From Octopus vulgaris (lineage: Eukaryota), in the NCBI GenBank assembly GCA_951406725.2, contig OX597823.1, forward strand, positions 74,090,001 to 74,154,000: a stretch of DNA of 64,000 bases. Direction: 5' to 3'. Position 1 is the first letter of the stretch. Each line of letters begins with the position of its first letter. The notes under the pieces were generated by a model. It saw only the letters and a program-made list of their open reading frames with translations, did no database searches and was not told where the DNA came from. Positions 13,327-27,940 of the stretch are shown piece after piece. Made by a program: the position numbers and the translations under genes.

Positions 13327-13398
13327 AGTCTGCTCGACGGACTCGAACCCACATTTTCTGAAAACATGACAGATGTTATACCATTGTGTTAAAGCAAT
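13327..13398 (-). pseudogene. Degenerate tRNA-like sequence
   Basis: Minus strand taacacaatggtataaca...gtgggttcgagtcc shows A/B-box-like spacing. The isotype cannot be assigned. Confidence 0.35.
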
Positions 13399-14038
13399 CC
13401 CTCGAATTTCTTCATCTATTTTAGAGGGTTTGAACTAATCATAAAACAATTTTATGCCATATAATTTTGATAATTCAAGAGAGATGAAATATAACTCAAC
13501 GAATGCTAAGAACATCTGTTCTAGTGACTCATGAAATGGACGCGTTCTACGCACCCACGAAACATCAAGTAATGCGGAAGTCAGTCAGAATATTATAAAA
13601 ATATATATGTAGCTTCTAACAGATGTTCTGAGTACTACCTTCTTTCGTTTGTTCACTCCCTTATATATATATATCCATACATACATGTGTGTGTGTGCGT
13701 GTATGAAACAAATTTAGAAAGTATAAACACGTAAGCAGAAATCCGAAAAGATACCGTCGGAATGATAATAAAAGTGATGCTAGCAAAAATATATTCAAAA
13801 CCCAAAGAGTTGCACAAACATACACAATTGCTTTCTCTGCCATTTGCACACTAGCAAGAAAAAAAAAAAAAACAAACATTACTCAGCACTGCACATATAT
13901 CACATGGTGGGCTTTCTATACAACTGTGAAATACAAAAGCAAAACAGTGCAAGTACCAAGGCGCTCAGAATTGTGCTCAGTTGTGAAATATGCAACCCGC
14001 AAAATAAGGCTAGTGAAATAAATGTAATGAGAATGAGG

Positions 14039-14060
14039 ATTATCATCATCATCATCATCA

Positions 14061-14138
<78 letters not shown>

Positions 14139-14219
14139 TTATCATTATTACTATTACTATTATTATTATTATTATTACTATTACTATTATTATTATTATT
14201 ACTATTACTATTATTATTA

Positions 14220-14253
<34 letters not shown>

Positions 14254-14315
14254 CATCATCATCATTATTATTATTATTATTACTATTACTATTATTATTA
14301 TTATTATTATCATTA

Positions 14316-14349
<34 letters not shown>

Positions 14350-14373
14350 CATTATTATTATTATTATTATTAT
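14039..14373. repeat. (ATT/ATC/ACT)n trinucleotide array
   Basis: Read directly. Confidence 0.95.
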
Positions 14374-14882
14374 AGTTGTGTATATCTATGAATTTGAAAA
14401 GAAAAGGATTACTCAAATGTATCGGCTCATGTGCATGCATATCCACTGTATAATGAGCCATTGCACCACCGCTTATTCGTGACTATAAAAAAATTGAAGA
14501 CAGATGTATCAGTCAAACGAGAATCGCACACATGGCAGCTCACTGGGAGAATACTTCCACTCTATGGTGATTGCACTTAAATTTATACTTGACGATATCA
14601 TTTCCTTATTATTTATATATTTGTCTGGTATATTTATGTGCCAAGCACATTTCACTGTAATTGTTCTTCAAATAATAAGACATTAGCACCTTTCTGTGAT
14701 CTTCCATATTATCCTGATTGATGATGATCTGTCCAGTGTAGTTTCTATTCTAAATAATAAAACCTGCTCCGACACCATCTCCTCCTTCATTTTTCTCTAA
14801 CTTATTCGCCTCTACATTTCCCCCACTTTACGAAGCAGATCGAGATATGTCCAATAATATGTTATTTCTACGGAAAGAACAC

Positions 14883-15235
14883 CGTATTTCATCTTATGAT
14901 TTGATTCTCCGCTACGGCACAAGACCTGAAGTGTGGGCCTTTTAGCTAAAATCAAAGTGTATTACTAAATCCATGAATATTGAAGCATTCATACATTTCT
15001 ACGAGATATGCGACATAAAAGTACTTTTTACAAATGACAAGCATGTTATCTGAAGTGGACTCCGTAATATTTTATCTGCCATGACACACCATAACGTGAT
15101 AAGTATGTTGCTTTCAACCAAAGATTCAATGGAGAAAGCTGCTATTTTTCAAACACATTTATTTGCTTTCGGGTACGAAATTTGTGCAGGGGTAGGAATG
15201 AATAGATAGTAAGTGAAGTGATATGTAGATTACCA
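14883..15235 (+). repeat. Duplicated segment with U2 snRNA-like 5' fragment (copy 2)
   Basis: ggccttttagctaaaatcaaagtgtatta compared with U2 GGCCTTTTGGCTAAGATCAA(A)GTGTAGTA. Confidence 0.7.
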
Positions 15236-15724
15236 TTTGATTTATTCTAAAGACGAGAAATAATTATTCTCTCTATAGGTGATAGCAAAAAATAAGTCGA
15301 CATCAAACTTAATGCACATTTTCTCTACATATGAAATACAGAAATCTGATTTTTTTTGGTGGTGGAGGGGAATTATTTGTCGTAATTGAAAGCTGATGGA
15401 AGGCAATGTGAAAGCTGATAGAAAGAAGCACAAATATGTTGTAGATTTTTTTGAGGTTATATGAAAAACTAAAAGCTTTGGCTTATTGCATAAGAAATAG
15501 CTAACTGCATTTACACACATACTATTGTTCATATATATGTATATATATATATATATTGCACATATACATACGCACACTCATCCACACATAGATATAGATG
15601 CAAATCCAGGTACACTCATGTATTCACAGCAAATAATGCTAAAAATAATAAACGTGGGTTTATTCCACGCAGTCGTGCGATAAATAGAGTCAATTGCCTG
15701 ATATAAGGTAGTCAGAAGTGTGTA

Positions 15725-15777
<53 letters not shown>

Positions 15778-15805
15778 TGTGTGTGTGTATAATATAGATA
15801 TATCA

Positions 15806-15845
<40 letters not shown>

Positions 15846-15869
15846 TGTGTATATAATATAGATATATCA

Positions 15870-16000
<131 letters not shown>

Positions 16001-16479
16001 TATGTATGCATGTATGTCAGTGTTCAGTCTCAAAATATTTTTCCAGACAGGAAAAAAGGAATTAAAGTTATATGGAATAAAGTGCCTGAGAAAAAAAAAA
16101 GCAACAAAACATGCGCAGGAGAATTGAACTCGTGTTGAATCAATGGCGAAGCTGGTTTAAATATTCTATTCACTCTTCCATTTAGCTTCTGTCTAGTCAT
16201 GGGGGGCAATTATTAAGCATTAAGTCATTTCTAAACGTTATACTGGTAGGAGGAGTTTAAAGACACTCATTCAATCAATTCAAACAGGCACAGAAAATTG
16301 AGTTCCATGACCTGACTGTGGTGATGATATATATGATTCGTTCATTTTTGTGTGTACATGTACATAAATATATATGGAATTACATACATACAGACGTGTG
16401 TGTAAAAAAATATATATATATATCGACCGGTAGCCACTAAAAATTTTTGTATTCTCTCCCTGTTTATTTTATCGTGTTG

Positions 16480-16515
16480 CTTTCTGTTGAAGAGCGTAGG
16501 CTCGAAACGTAAAAG
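16480..16515 (+). ncRNA. Hammerhead-like motif within a ~180-bp repeat (~16425-16610)
   Basis: CTTT-CTGTTGA-aGAGCgtagGCTC-GAAAC-GTA-AAAG. Stems I and II pair and stem III is the palindrome ACGT; the core has one substitution. Confidence 0.65.
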
Positions 16516-16814
16516 ACTTTCAAACCTTCCCGAGCGTTAAACTAATACACCTGTTTATTGTTTACACACCCGACATCGTCTTTTGTTTTTTTGTAAATTC
16601 CAACTATACACACACACACACACACACACATATAAATTTGCATTAAAATAAATAGAAGTGTACAAAAAAACTTAAAATAGTTAGAACAAGATATTGAATT
16701 AGGACACTCTACGACCTTGTCTAGATTGTGTTGTAAGTGCAATTCATTGCACCTCTGATCATTTTTGAAATATTTGGTATTGTTTACGTGCTTTATTAAT
16801 TTTTGTCATTGCTA

Positions 16815-17013
16815 TTCTTTTATTCTTTTATTTGTTTCAGCCATTTGACTGTGGCCGTACTGGAGCACCGCCTTTAGACGAGCAAATCCACCCCAGGAAT
16901 TATTCTTTGTAATCCTAGTACTTACTCTATCTTTCTGTTTTGCCGAACCGCTAAGTTACGGGGACGTAAACACAGTAGCATCGGTTGTCAAGCAATGTTG
17001 GGGGACAAGCACA

Positions 17014-17071
<58 letters not shown>

Positions 17072-17212
17072 CCTGGGCTTTCAGTTTCTGTCTGCGAAAT
17101 CCACTCACAAGGCTTTGGTCGACCTGAGGCTATAGTAGAAGAAACTTGCCCAAGGTGCCAGGCAGTGGGACTGAACCCGGAACCATGTGTTTGGTAAGCA
17201 AGCTACTTACCT
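16815..17212 (-). mobile_element. SINE family A
   Basis: Reverse-complement match to family A. Confidence 0.9.
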
Positions 17213-17535
17213 GCATATAATTTTAAAAGTTTATAACTAAAACTTCTGTTTCTTTTTTTCTTGATTTGTACTTTATTTTAATCGATTCCGGAATAAGAAA
17301 ATGCAAAGCAGGCATCGGCAGAATTTGAAATCAGAATGTAAAGGATTTCAGGTATATACCCCAAAGTATTTCTATCCGATACCCTAGGGGGTCTGCCACT
17401 CTTCATCCTTTGACGACATTGATGGTAAATCAGAACATAACGGAACGAAATGAGAACCACACAATCTAATTATTCAACCATTCCAGCTTGTCTTCAACAG
17501 GCCAAACGAAAGCCATAACAAAAGAGGAAAAAAGA

Positions 17536-17610
<75 letters not shown>

Positions 17611-18434
17611 GCTACTACTACTACTACTACAATATAAAGCAGTAATAGCAATAAAATTACTTTTAATTCAATTCCATATTGGCAAGTTTAAAGAATTAAT
17701 AAAAATTTGCATGAAACGTTTATTTTCCTTTAAAACAACTAAAATTAAACCAAAACTAAAATATAATTGTCAGGACAAGAGAAATTGGAATAAACGAAAT
17801 GGAGAAATATTCTTGAAAAGTTAGATGTTTTTCGTTAGGAATTCTAATTTCTTCAATAAATAAGTACACTATTTTAATAACAAACATTTTCACTTATTCT
17901 TAGTTATTAAATTAATTTTTCCGCATAATTTCTTACCGATAATTCAATATATTGCGCTTGAATAAAAATTCGCCTGTTTGAAATGCATATCTTTTTCTAT
18001 TTTCTTTTCAAGAATTTTAAATTCATTGGAGTTTATATTCTACACAGATGTAAGCTTGCTCAATACTTCAACTAGCTTTTTGAATTCCATCTATTGTCTA
18101 TAGCATTCAGTCGCTTCCTCAACCTTTTTCAGCTTTTGTTTCTAGTATTCCTTCTGATTTAACATCTATTTCTCTCTCGTTACCTCCACGCTCTTCTAAC
18201 TTCTTTCTCTCTCTCTCTCTCCACCTCCCCCTTTCTCCCTTTCTGTGTTTCAGTTCAGTTTTATAATACACTGTGTATTCTAAATTAAGCAGACAACAGA
18301 AAATGTGTCTGTGTATGTATTTATGAACGTATATGTAAATGCATGGATGCATGTATGTGTGTGTGTATATATATCTATCCAGCTATATATAATTGATATA
18401 TATATATATATATCATATAATCATATATATATAT

Positions 18435-18815
18435 ATTCTTGTACTTGTTTCAGTAATTTGACTGCAGTCATGCTGGAGCACCACCTTTAGTCGAGCAAAT
18501 CGAGCCCAGAACTTATTCTTTGTAAGCGAAAGGCTTAGTCTATCAGTCTATTTTTGCCGAACTGTTACGTTATGGGGAAGTAAACATACCCTCACCGGTT
18601 GTCAAGCGATGGTAGGGTACAGCCACAGACACACACACAGACATATGCATATATATATATGACGGGCTTCTTTTCAGTTTCTGTCTAACAGATCCACTTA
18701 CAGGGCTTCGGTCGGCCCGAGGGTCTAGTTGAAGACAATTGCCCAAGATGCCACGCAGTGGGACTGAACCCGAAAACATGTGGTTTGGAAGCAAACTTCA
18801 TATCACACACCCACG
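18435..18815 (-). mobile_element. SINE family A
   Basis: Reverse-complement match to family A. Confidence 0.85.
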
Positions 18816-19540
18816 GCATGTTCATATCTGTTATATGCATAGGCATATATATGTGGATATATATGTATGTGAGTGTACATGACTATATAATTTTACACTT
18901 TTATTGTTCCACCCTATGAGCTACGGCCATACTGTGGTACTGTTGTTGTAGCTGTTTCTACAGCCTTCCACCGCAATTGATTCTGTCTTCATATTTGCTT
19001 CTTGCTATAACGTTCGTTTATCAGAGATCTCAGACTGCGGATTACAGGAATTTTGTTATAGCACATTTACATCTAATTCGCGTAAATCTATCAGACTTTT
19101 CAGCGCAACAGACGTGCACACACACATACATGTATATATTCTTCATTTGGGGATTAACAAAGCTAGCAATAGTTTCATGTAAAAAAAAACAAACCCCGCA
19201 ATGTCTAAGTCTTCCACTTAAGAATACCAGTTATGAATCTCTATGTTTGAAGAAACTACATGAGATTACTCGAACATTTGCAGGACATCAAAACGTTGCT
19301 TTGGTTATTACATTCACAGTCTAGAGGAGGTGACTCATTTGCGTATTCAATACATTATCTCGGTGTCTAATAACCAGAAAAAAGGCTTGGAATCCCGTAA
19401 AGGAATATTTCAAAATATCGGAAACTATTTGCATGTAATCATTGGTAGCATCGTTAATTCACAAATAAAGAGTATATTTATCCAACAAAATGCAGTATTG
19501 AGTACTAATTCTCACTGTTCGCCACTATCGGACATACATG

Positions 19541-19579
<39 letters not shown>

Positions 19580-19601
19580 TCATTCATCCATGATGCATAC
19601 A

Positions 19602-19681
<80 letters not shown>

Positions 19682-19702
19682 AGTTGTATACTGTCAACGT
19701 AA

Positions 19703-19882
19703 CGTGACAGTCCTATAAAGGGAATTACTCACCGCTATTTATCCCTAGGAATCATCAACGCTTCCTGTCGGCCATGACACATTTCCTGTGTCCTTATGTT
19801 TACACAGGGGAGACAAGAACCCCCATCCAGCTAAGCCCGCATCAAGAGACATGTTTCAGTCTGGAGTAGCATGGCCTGCTGG
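19703..19882 (-). mobile_element. Second copy of the 3879-4112 repeat with hammerhead stem II deleted
   Basis: Minus strand reads ccagaCTGAAACATGTCtcttg where the other copy has the full ribozyme. Confidence 0.7.
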
Positions 19883-20190
19883 TAAAAAAGAAAATACAAG
19901 GAAACTTACTAACATGATTATAAAAGGGCAGTACCTATGCTAACGAAGTAAACTCAAGTTAAAATGTATCCATAAACATCTTGACTCCCACTATAAATTG
20001 AAAGTACCCGTAAAGAAATTTTAGTACTTCCTAGACCGTTACTAGTTCACTCTTTTACCTACGAACTTCGTGACCCCAAGATGGTAGATTATATGCTTTT
20101 AATATATTGGGCTTCTAGGCTTGTTCTATAGGCCATGTTTTCTTTCATATTCCTTCTTCTCTTTGTTTATATTGGATGCTCTTGTTTTTT

Positions 20191-20302
20191 GCTCTGATGA
20201 AGCTCCGTGCCTTAATTCGTATCTCCTATGAAAATGAAGAATTTTATTTTTGCCATTATTTATAGACAGCGTTTGGAAACGGATGCGGAAACGGCCGTAA
20301 GA
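20191..20302 (+). ncRNA. Hammerhead-like motif with long stem II loop (Penelope pLTR-type)
   Basis: CTGATGA-aGCTCCGT...ACGGAtGCg-GAAAC-GGCC-GTA, with palindromic stem III ACGGCCGT and weak stem I. Confidence 0.6.
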
Positions 20303-20577
20303 TTTGCTACGTCATCTATTTGCTATATCATGCTTTGTATTAAAAAGTAAGCTATAAATGTGGTTCAATCGATGTGTTTTTTAATCTGAAGTTTTCTCCA
20401 TTTTCAGATTATTTGTATCCTGATAAACCCTTGTTTATCCTCTTGTTACTTGCACCCTACGTGCATAGTGTGACTGCACACCAATACCCAGTGATTATAC
20501 GGGTAATGGATACTGATAGTACATACGGATACATTATCCCTTAGTCGGTTATTATAACCGCTAACTCTGTTTACACT

Positions 20578-20651
<74 letters not shown>

Positions 20652-22019
20652 AAAGTCAAATGCGATACAATAAAATTAATTATTATCGCTGGATCACCTC
20701 GCCTGGATCAAATCAAGGCTGAACACAGATTCTTAGAAAGTGAAAGTAGCTCCATAATTCGTACGCTACAGATGATCGCCATATCAAGAAAAAGAACGTA
20801 TGTAAAAAACTTGTTCAAATTAAACTATGATTGCTTGCGCAACGAATGACAAAAATAATTTTTTAAATACCTTTTTAAACTTCTTTCTTACCGAGCAGGT
20901 GGCCGGTCATAATGAACCTACAATTTTCGCTAGGAAGAGAATCTCCCCTACCACACACAAGTTAAACACAAACACATACGTAATATAATATATTCTTTTC
21001 TCAGCTTCTCTTTAAAAAAAGAAAGGTGGACTTTCATAAGCAGGATAGAAAAAAACGGAGAGAGGGAAAGTGAGAAAGAAAGAAAGAGAGAGCGAGTGAG
21101 AGAGTGAGAATAAGTGAGAGAGAAAGAGAGGGAGTGGGAGAGAAAGAGAGGGAGTGGGAGAGAAAGAGAGGGAGTGGGAGAGAAAAAGAGAGAGTGTAAG
21201 AGAGCAGAAGAGGTCTAGAGAATCAACTGGAAAGGAAGTGACATGAAGAAAAGATGAGAGATGAAAAAAAAATGATATATAGAATAAATGAAAAGGTTGG
21301 TGGGGAGTTAGATTGAAGGATATACAGATAAAGTAGAATAACATACTCAGAGAGATAGCATTAAGAAGAAAAACAGAGAGCGAAAGAAGGATGAATAAAA
21401 CGAAATACATAAAAATTTATTTAGAAAATATATCAGAAAATAATATTTGTTTAGAAGGCAGAACCATATTTAATAATTTTAGAAAACAAGAACTAGGCGG
21501 GTAGTTGAAGTCAGAATGACCTTGAAGAAGATTATAACAAGCTACAGAGGCCATAAAACTTGATAAATATGAAATATGCTGAATATTATCAGTTGTGACT
21601 GTTAGATCTAAATATTTTTTTGTTGTTGATGGTGTTTAGCCCCGGGTAGATCTAAAATGAATGGCGTTCCTCTCATTGTAATTCCATTTTATGTTCAACA
21701 ATAATATATCTCGGATTAGATTATCCTATGTATGTTTTCCTCTTGAGATTAAATGAAATTGGATTGATATTTCAAGAAACTTATATCAGAACTTCAGGAT
21801 TGTAAAACAATTGTAAGTCATTTAGTGCTTGTGTTGTCACCATCGAACTAGGTACCCCCATCTAAACGTATGGTGACGTGTATTCACATAAGCAATAGAA
21901 TAATCTTTAATCCATCCTCGTGGTTATATATATTTTTGAGCTAGCATATCATCCATCTATCCATCTAACGTTCACACCCTCCTTCCATTGATCCATTTAT
22001 CCGTTCACCCGGCTACCCA

Positions 22020-22160
22020 TTCGCCCGTCCGTTCGTCTGTCCGTCCGTCCGTCCGTCCGTCCGTCCGTCCACCCGTCCGTCCGTCCGTCCGTCTGTCCGT
22101 CCGTCCACCCATCTGCTTGTCCGTCCGTCTGCCTGTTTCAGTGAATGAATGAATGAATGA

Positions 22161-22240
<80 letters not shown>

Positions 22241-22259
22241 GTCTGTCTGTCTGTCTGCC

Positions 22260-22290
<31 letters not shown>

Positions 22291-22333
22291 GTAACTTTAA
22301 TAGAGAAAATACAAAAGTGAGTATACATGCACA

Positions 22334-22410
<77 letters not shown>
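22020..22410. repeat. Compound array (CCGT)n-(GAAT)n-(CTAT)n-(CTGT)n, then (CA)n
   Basis: Read directly. Confidence 0.95.
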
Positions 22411-22414
<4 letters not shown>

Positions 22415-23639
22415 TTACACTGTCAATATCATACGTTCGCAAAGAGCAAGTAGTACGTTCCTACGTAATAGAAACTCGTATATCTAAATCATGCTGAATT
22501 GATGCAAAATCGTAATGTTATGGTTAAGAATGGTCTCGGACAAAGAAGCCATATATAAAATTGAAAATCAATACAGGCATATATCAAATTGCAGGCTCAT
22601 TTCTATGACAACAGCAATTGTTGTTATAGACAACGCATTACTGCAAAGACACCCTGAGATGTCACCTTAGTCGTCTATGTTCAGTTATTCACGTTTTTCT
22701 CTCTCTCTCTTTCTCTTTTTTTCTTTACTTACATCTTCCCTATATCAAAAACAAATACACGAAACAAGCTTATGTATGCGTATCTTTGTGCTTACGACGG
22801 TTCGTCGTTAGTTAAACAATATATATGTTATACAACATGCGGTGAGAGTCAGAAAGGACTGAAATAAATCTAAATACAAAAAGCAATTGTGAGTGGTAAT
22901 TATAATAATGCATAAGTTTCTCATATTTAAATTCCGTGCGTTTGTGTTTATAAAACTATAAGTCACATTACTTCTTTCCTACCAAATTGGCGTGCTCGCA
23001 ATGAGGGTAATAAGCTGAAATACTATAGCATTTGTTCAGAACTTCACACGTATCTTAACATATTTTAAATCGAAATTGTCTTAATCTGTGTGAAACTAGA
23101 CTGTATTTAATTCAAATTCCGTCAACACTATACTTAACAAAAGGCCAAATGTATTACATACAAGCAGAGAATAATAACGTAATTTAGCGATTAAGATGTG
23201 TGATAATTTGTGAGAAGTTTGTTGTGCTGAGTACAGCAGTAGATGAGTAGTACAAGTAAATGATTTGTTGCAGGAGTCGAACAGGGATACAGTTTAGGAG
23301 GGTGTCAACGATTATTTTTCGATCCAAGCTGTAGTTAAACTGGATACGGATTCTCTACTTTTTAAATAATAGAAGTTGTGAGCTTCATGCTTTTCCCTAA
23401 AAGTATTGACAGTAAGTATAAATAAATTGCCTTCCATCATGAATTAAAACTGTTCTTCTAGTCTGTGTTGGATAGAGATTCACTGTTTATTTAAAGGAAG
23501 CAGTACAAAACCTGTAATAAAAAGAAACAATGATTGCAATTTGGAAGCCCTTAATGATATTGATTGGAAGTGGTGAAGCATTTAATACTACTCCATCAAT
23601 GTAGAGGGAAGCACCTGGTAAAGCAAGACCACAATGTAG

Positions 23640-23945
23640 TTGTTGTTTGTTCCTTCTCGAGCCATGCCTGGCTCATAAGGGCCGGTTTCCCGGTTTCCTT
23701 GGCGTATAGGTTCCCCACCTGGACGGCACGCCGGTCCGTCGCACGTGAGCTACATGATGCAGGGGAAAAGAGTGAGAGAAAGTTGTGGCGAAAGAGTCAG
23801 CAGAAGTTCGCCATTACCTTCTGCCGGAGTCGCGTGGAGCTTAGGTGTTTCGCTCATAAACACATACATCGCCCGGTCTGAGATTCGAACCCGCGATCTC
23901 TCGACCGCGAGTCCGCTGCTCTAACCACTTGGCCATGTGCCTTCA
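23640..23945 (-). mobile_element. SINE family C (tRNA-derived head)
   Basis: Minus-strand head ggcacatggccaagtggttagagcagcggactc...gcgggttcgaatctc with an (AAC)n-like tail. A related copy lies at ~51930-52103. Confidence 0.8.
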
Positions 23946-24847
23946 CACCACAATGTAGCTGGCACCATTGGTTTGAACCTTTCATTGAACAAATCTCCTT
24001 TAAGGCCGTTTGATATATGCATAGCTATGACTTTTCCCATTTGCCGTTCTATTAACACAGCTCAGTGATGTCAAGTAAAAAAAGCAAAAGCAAAAACAAA
24101 AACAAAAACAGACAAAGACAAAAATGTTTATGCTTACTGGATTCTTTTAGATTAGAGACTGATTTCTGCTTTGTTAAGGACAGTTAACTTAATCGTCTGA
24201 AGCGACCCGTTATATTGTTAGTAATTGCTTTATTGCCAGAAGAGAGTTGGAAGGTAAGGGCAAACTTAGTACAATATGATGTCAGAATGTAATCAAGGGA
24301 CGGTAGAGACGGTTAACAAGCTGCTATTTTTGACTGAGTGTAAATGATGAATATTTTAGTGGTAAAGGTGAAAAGAAATTTGGGTGATACGAGCCGTAAC
24401 AAATACCACAATGCATATAGTCCGACGCTCTGAGGATTAATCTATCTAATCCACTGCATTTAATTGGTTCTATTTTTGGCACAAGGCTAATACTTTTGAG
24501 GGAATATTAATTAGAAAAAATTGAAATTATTAATGATAATTATATTTGCAACCATTCAAACTACGATCGTCAAGGAGATGGTTCTAACCAGAAATATGCT
24601 GTGAGGATGGATAACCCTGAATATTTGTGTTGTGTTTCACTTCGAATTCAAATAATATCCTGTTTTAATTATTGCGTGATTTTTACATTGTTTCATGTAA
24701 ATTTTATAAAATTTTAATCAGACAATTCTAGAAACGTCTTCACCTTTCTACTCGGTTTCTCCAGCTCCAATCTTACGGTAGCCTCCAATGTTTCGAACGT
24801 CCATTGTTTTATGCATGTCAGCGCTTTCTACTTAATAGAGAATCATT

Positions 24848-24898
<51 letters not shown>

Positions 24899-24899
24899 C

Positions 24900-24963
<64 letters not shown>

Positions 24964-25132
24964 TTCTTGTTGGTAATGTTATTTTTCTTGTTAAATCCTA
25001 ATAGTAATAACAGCTATAAAATATAGAATATTTAATATTCTTTATTCCTTTTCAGTAATTTGAAATTGAATTTTTAATCAAACACATTGTTATTCGTCAA
25101 CAATTGTCTCCTTCTTCCACTTATTCATAATA

Positions 25133-25202
<70 letters not shown>

Positions 25203-25293
25203 CAGATATGTTATATTTATTTACATATTAACTATATATATATATGTATGATATGTATGTATATTTACATATGTTATATTTATTTACATATTT

Positions 25294-25342
<49 letters not shown>

Positions 25343-25964
25343 CATACATACATACATACATACACACACACACATATATATATGCACACACTTATACCCA
25401 CATACATGAAAAATCTTACATACATAATTGCATACAAATATATATATTTGTATGTGTACGCGCGCGTGTTTGTCTTGGAGGGTTGCGTATGTGTGTGTGC
25501 GCGCGTGTGCATACGTGTGTTTGTCTTGGAGTGTCTATGTGTATGAGTGTATGTGTGAGTGTATGGGTATATGTGTGTATGACAGTGTGTGTGTGCATGC
25601 GTGTGTTTGTGCAGGAGTATGCGTGTGCGTGTGTGTATATGTGTGTGTACGCCCACTCTTAACAGAAATACCATTTCCAAAGATATAACAATACCAGCAA
25701 AAACGGTAACACGAAAATACATTTCAATAATAAAACAATAAACACACGAAGACGCAACCCGAAAATTATACACAGCGAGTAAATAAACTTAGAATGTAAA
25801 ATAACAATAATACACAACAATTAATTGAAATGTTAAATTGCTCTGAGTTATTCGAAGAAAACCTGATTAGACATTACACTCAGATATTTAAAAAGGTTTC
25901 GGTATTAATGATATTAGGTGAAATAGCAGCAGAGCTGAACTCGTGCCGTTATTATTATTATTAC

Positions 25965-26010
<46 letters not shown>

Positions 26011-26217
26011 ATTATTATTGTTGTTGTTGTTGTTGTTGTTGGGGGTGGGGTTATATTTTAAAGTTTTGTAATATGTGTTACAGTATCTTTTAATCGAATA
26101 AGGCTCGTGGAATATCGAAGGTTATTCTCGCGCCTGTTTTTCGGTTGTTTAAACTATTTGTTGTTTTTTTGTTGTTTTATGTTCAAATCTCTCTTTCTAT
26201 CTTTCATCGACGAAAAA

Positions 26218-26282
26218 GGATGATGATGATGATGGTGGTGGTGATGTTGATGACGACGACGATGATGATGATGGTGATGATA

Positions 26283-26336
<54 letters not shown>

Positions 26337-26782
26337 GTGATGATAATGATGATGATGATGATGAAGATGAAGATGATAGTGACGAGGATGATGATGATGA
26401 CGATGATGATGATGATGATGATGATGATAGTGATGAGGATGATGATGATGATAGTGGTGGTGGTGGGGTTGATGATAATGATGATGTTGACAACGACGAT
26501 GACGAAGACAGCAACGACGACAACGATGGTGATGGCGATGATGATGATGGCGATGAAAATGATATCGGTGCTGAGGATGATAATATTGAAGATAATTGTG
26601 ATGACGACGACGACGATGATAGTGACAATGACGGTGATGATGATCACAATGACAAACATGACGACAATGATTACTACATCGACAGACATGATATTGATGG
26701 CGATAGGCAGAAAGATTGCGATAGTGGGGATGCTATTGAAGGTAGTAGTGGTGGTAGTGGTGGTGGTTGTTGACACTAAAAT

Positions 26783-26874
<92 letters not shown>

Positions 26875-26939
26875 ATACCACCACCACCACCACTACTACT
26901 ACTGCTGCTACTGCTGCTGCTACCACCACCACCACCACC

Positions 26940-27014
<75 letters not shown>

Positions 27015-27250
27015 GTTGATCACAGTGATAATTAAAATAATGCTGTTGTTGATGACGATGGAGATGACCCCCAACATTAGTGATAGAGATGATGTTGTAA
27101 AAGCGAAAATGGAGATAATAATGGTAGCAGTGGCGGCGGCAGCGGCGACGGTGGTGGTGGTAGTGATGATGATGATGATGATGATGATGATGAGGATGAG
27201 GAGGAGGAGGATGAAGATGGCGGTGTTGCTATATGATAATGATAATGAAT
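26218..27250. repeat. Long degenerate (GAT)n/(ACT)n/(ACC)n trinucleotide region
   Basis: Read directly; it produces the poly-M/T/S/L pseudo-ORFs. Confidence 0.9.
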
Positions 27251-27648
27251 AGGAAAATGCCGAATAATAGAAACTGTAACATTATGCAATGTGAAATATG
27301 GCTGCCAAACAACAACTTTGCAGAAATGAGAAGCGAAGGAAACAATTAACTGAACTTTTGTGTCACCAACTCCTCAGGCACATCAACCTACACCACTTAT
27401 TTGGTATCCTCCACCACTCACCAACATCATCATCCATCCCATCATCGTTGTCGTCGTCCTCCTCTTCCTCCTCCAACCTCCTCATGATCATCACCATTAT
27501 CCTCATAAAGAGCTACAATAAACAGGTTTTAGATGAAATGCAATGTTAAATTAATCGAAAATGAAAATTAACAATCACACACATATACACGTACACATAC
27601 ATGCACGTACCTACATACACGCATACACACACAGACACACAGACACAG

Positions 27649-27681
<33 letters not shown>

Positions 27682-27758
27682 CATACATATGACCTCGTGT
27701 GTACCGTTGGTGATTTTGTTCTTCTGTCTTCCCTTTTCTGGATCTTTCCTTCTCCTTT

Positions 27759-27793
27759 GTTTCCGACCAAGAGCTCCGCTCGAAACGTTAAAC
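27759..27793 (+). ncRNA. Degenerate hammerhead-like motif within a ~200-bp repeat (~27690-27890)
   Basis: GTTT-CCGACCA-aGAGCtccGCTC-GAAAC-GTT-AAAC. Stems are intact and the core is mutated. Confidence 0.5.
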
Positions 27794-27886
27794 CCTCCTT
27801 CTTTCCTTCTTTCCTGAGCATCCAATAATACTATATTTGTTACACGTCCTCGCGTTGTTGTGTTTTTTGTGCTTTCTTTTTTGGAT

Positions 27887-27937
<51 letters not shown>

Positions 27938-27940
<3 letters not shown>

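Noticed and set aside
10832-13398. Functional tRNA genes
   Set aside because: Acceptor stems and anticodon loops are broken, so they are listed only as pseudogene-like. SINE heads are also not tRNA genes.
24595-24745. Additional hammerhead candidate (GAAACGTC-ttcac)
   Set aside because: No convincing CTGANGA box or stem II could be placed.
26145-27252. Asp-rich frame resembling acidic biomineralisation proteins, plus poly-Met/Thr ORFs
   Set aside because: Degenerate trinucleotide array open in several frames on both strands, with no clear start, signal peptide or splice support.
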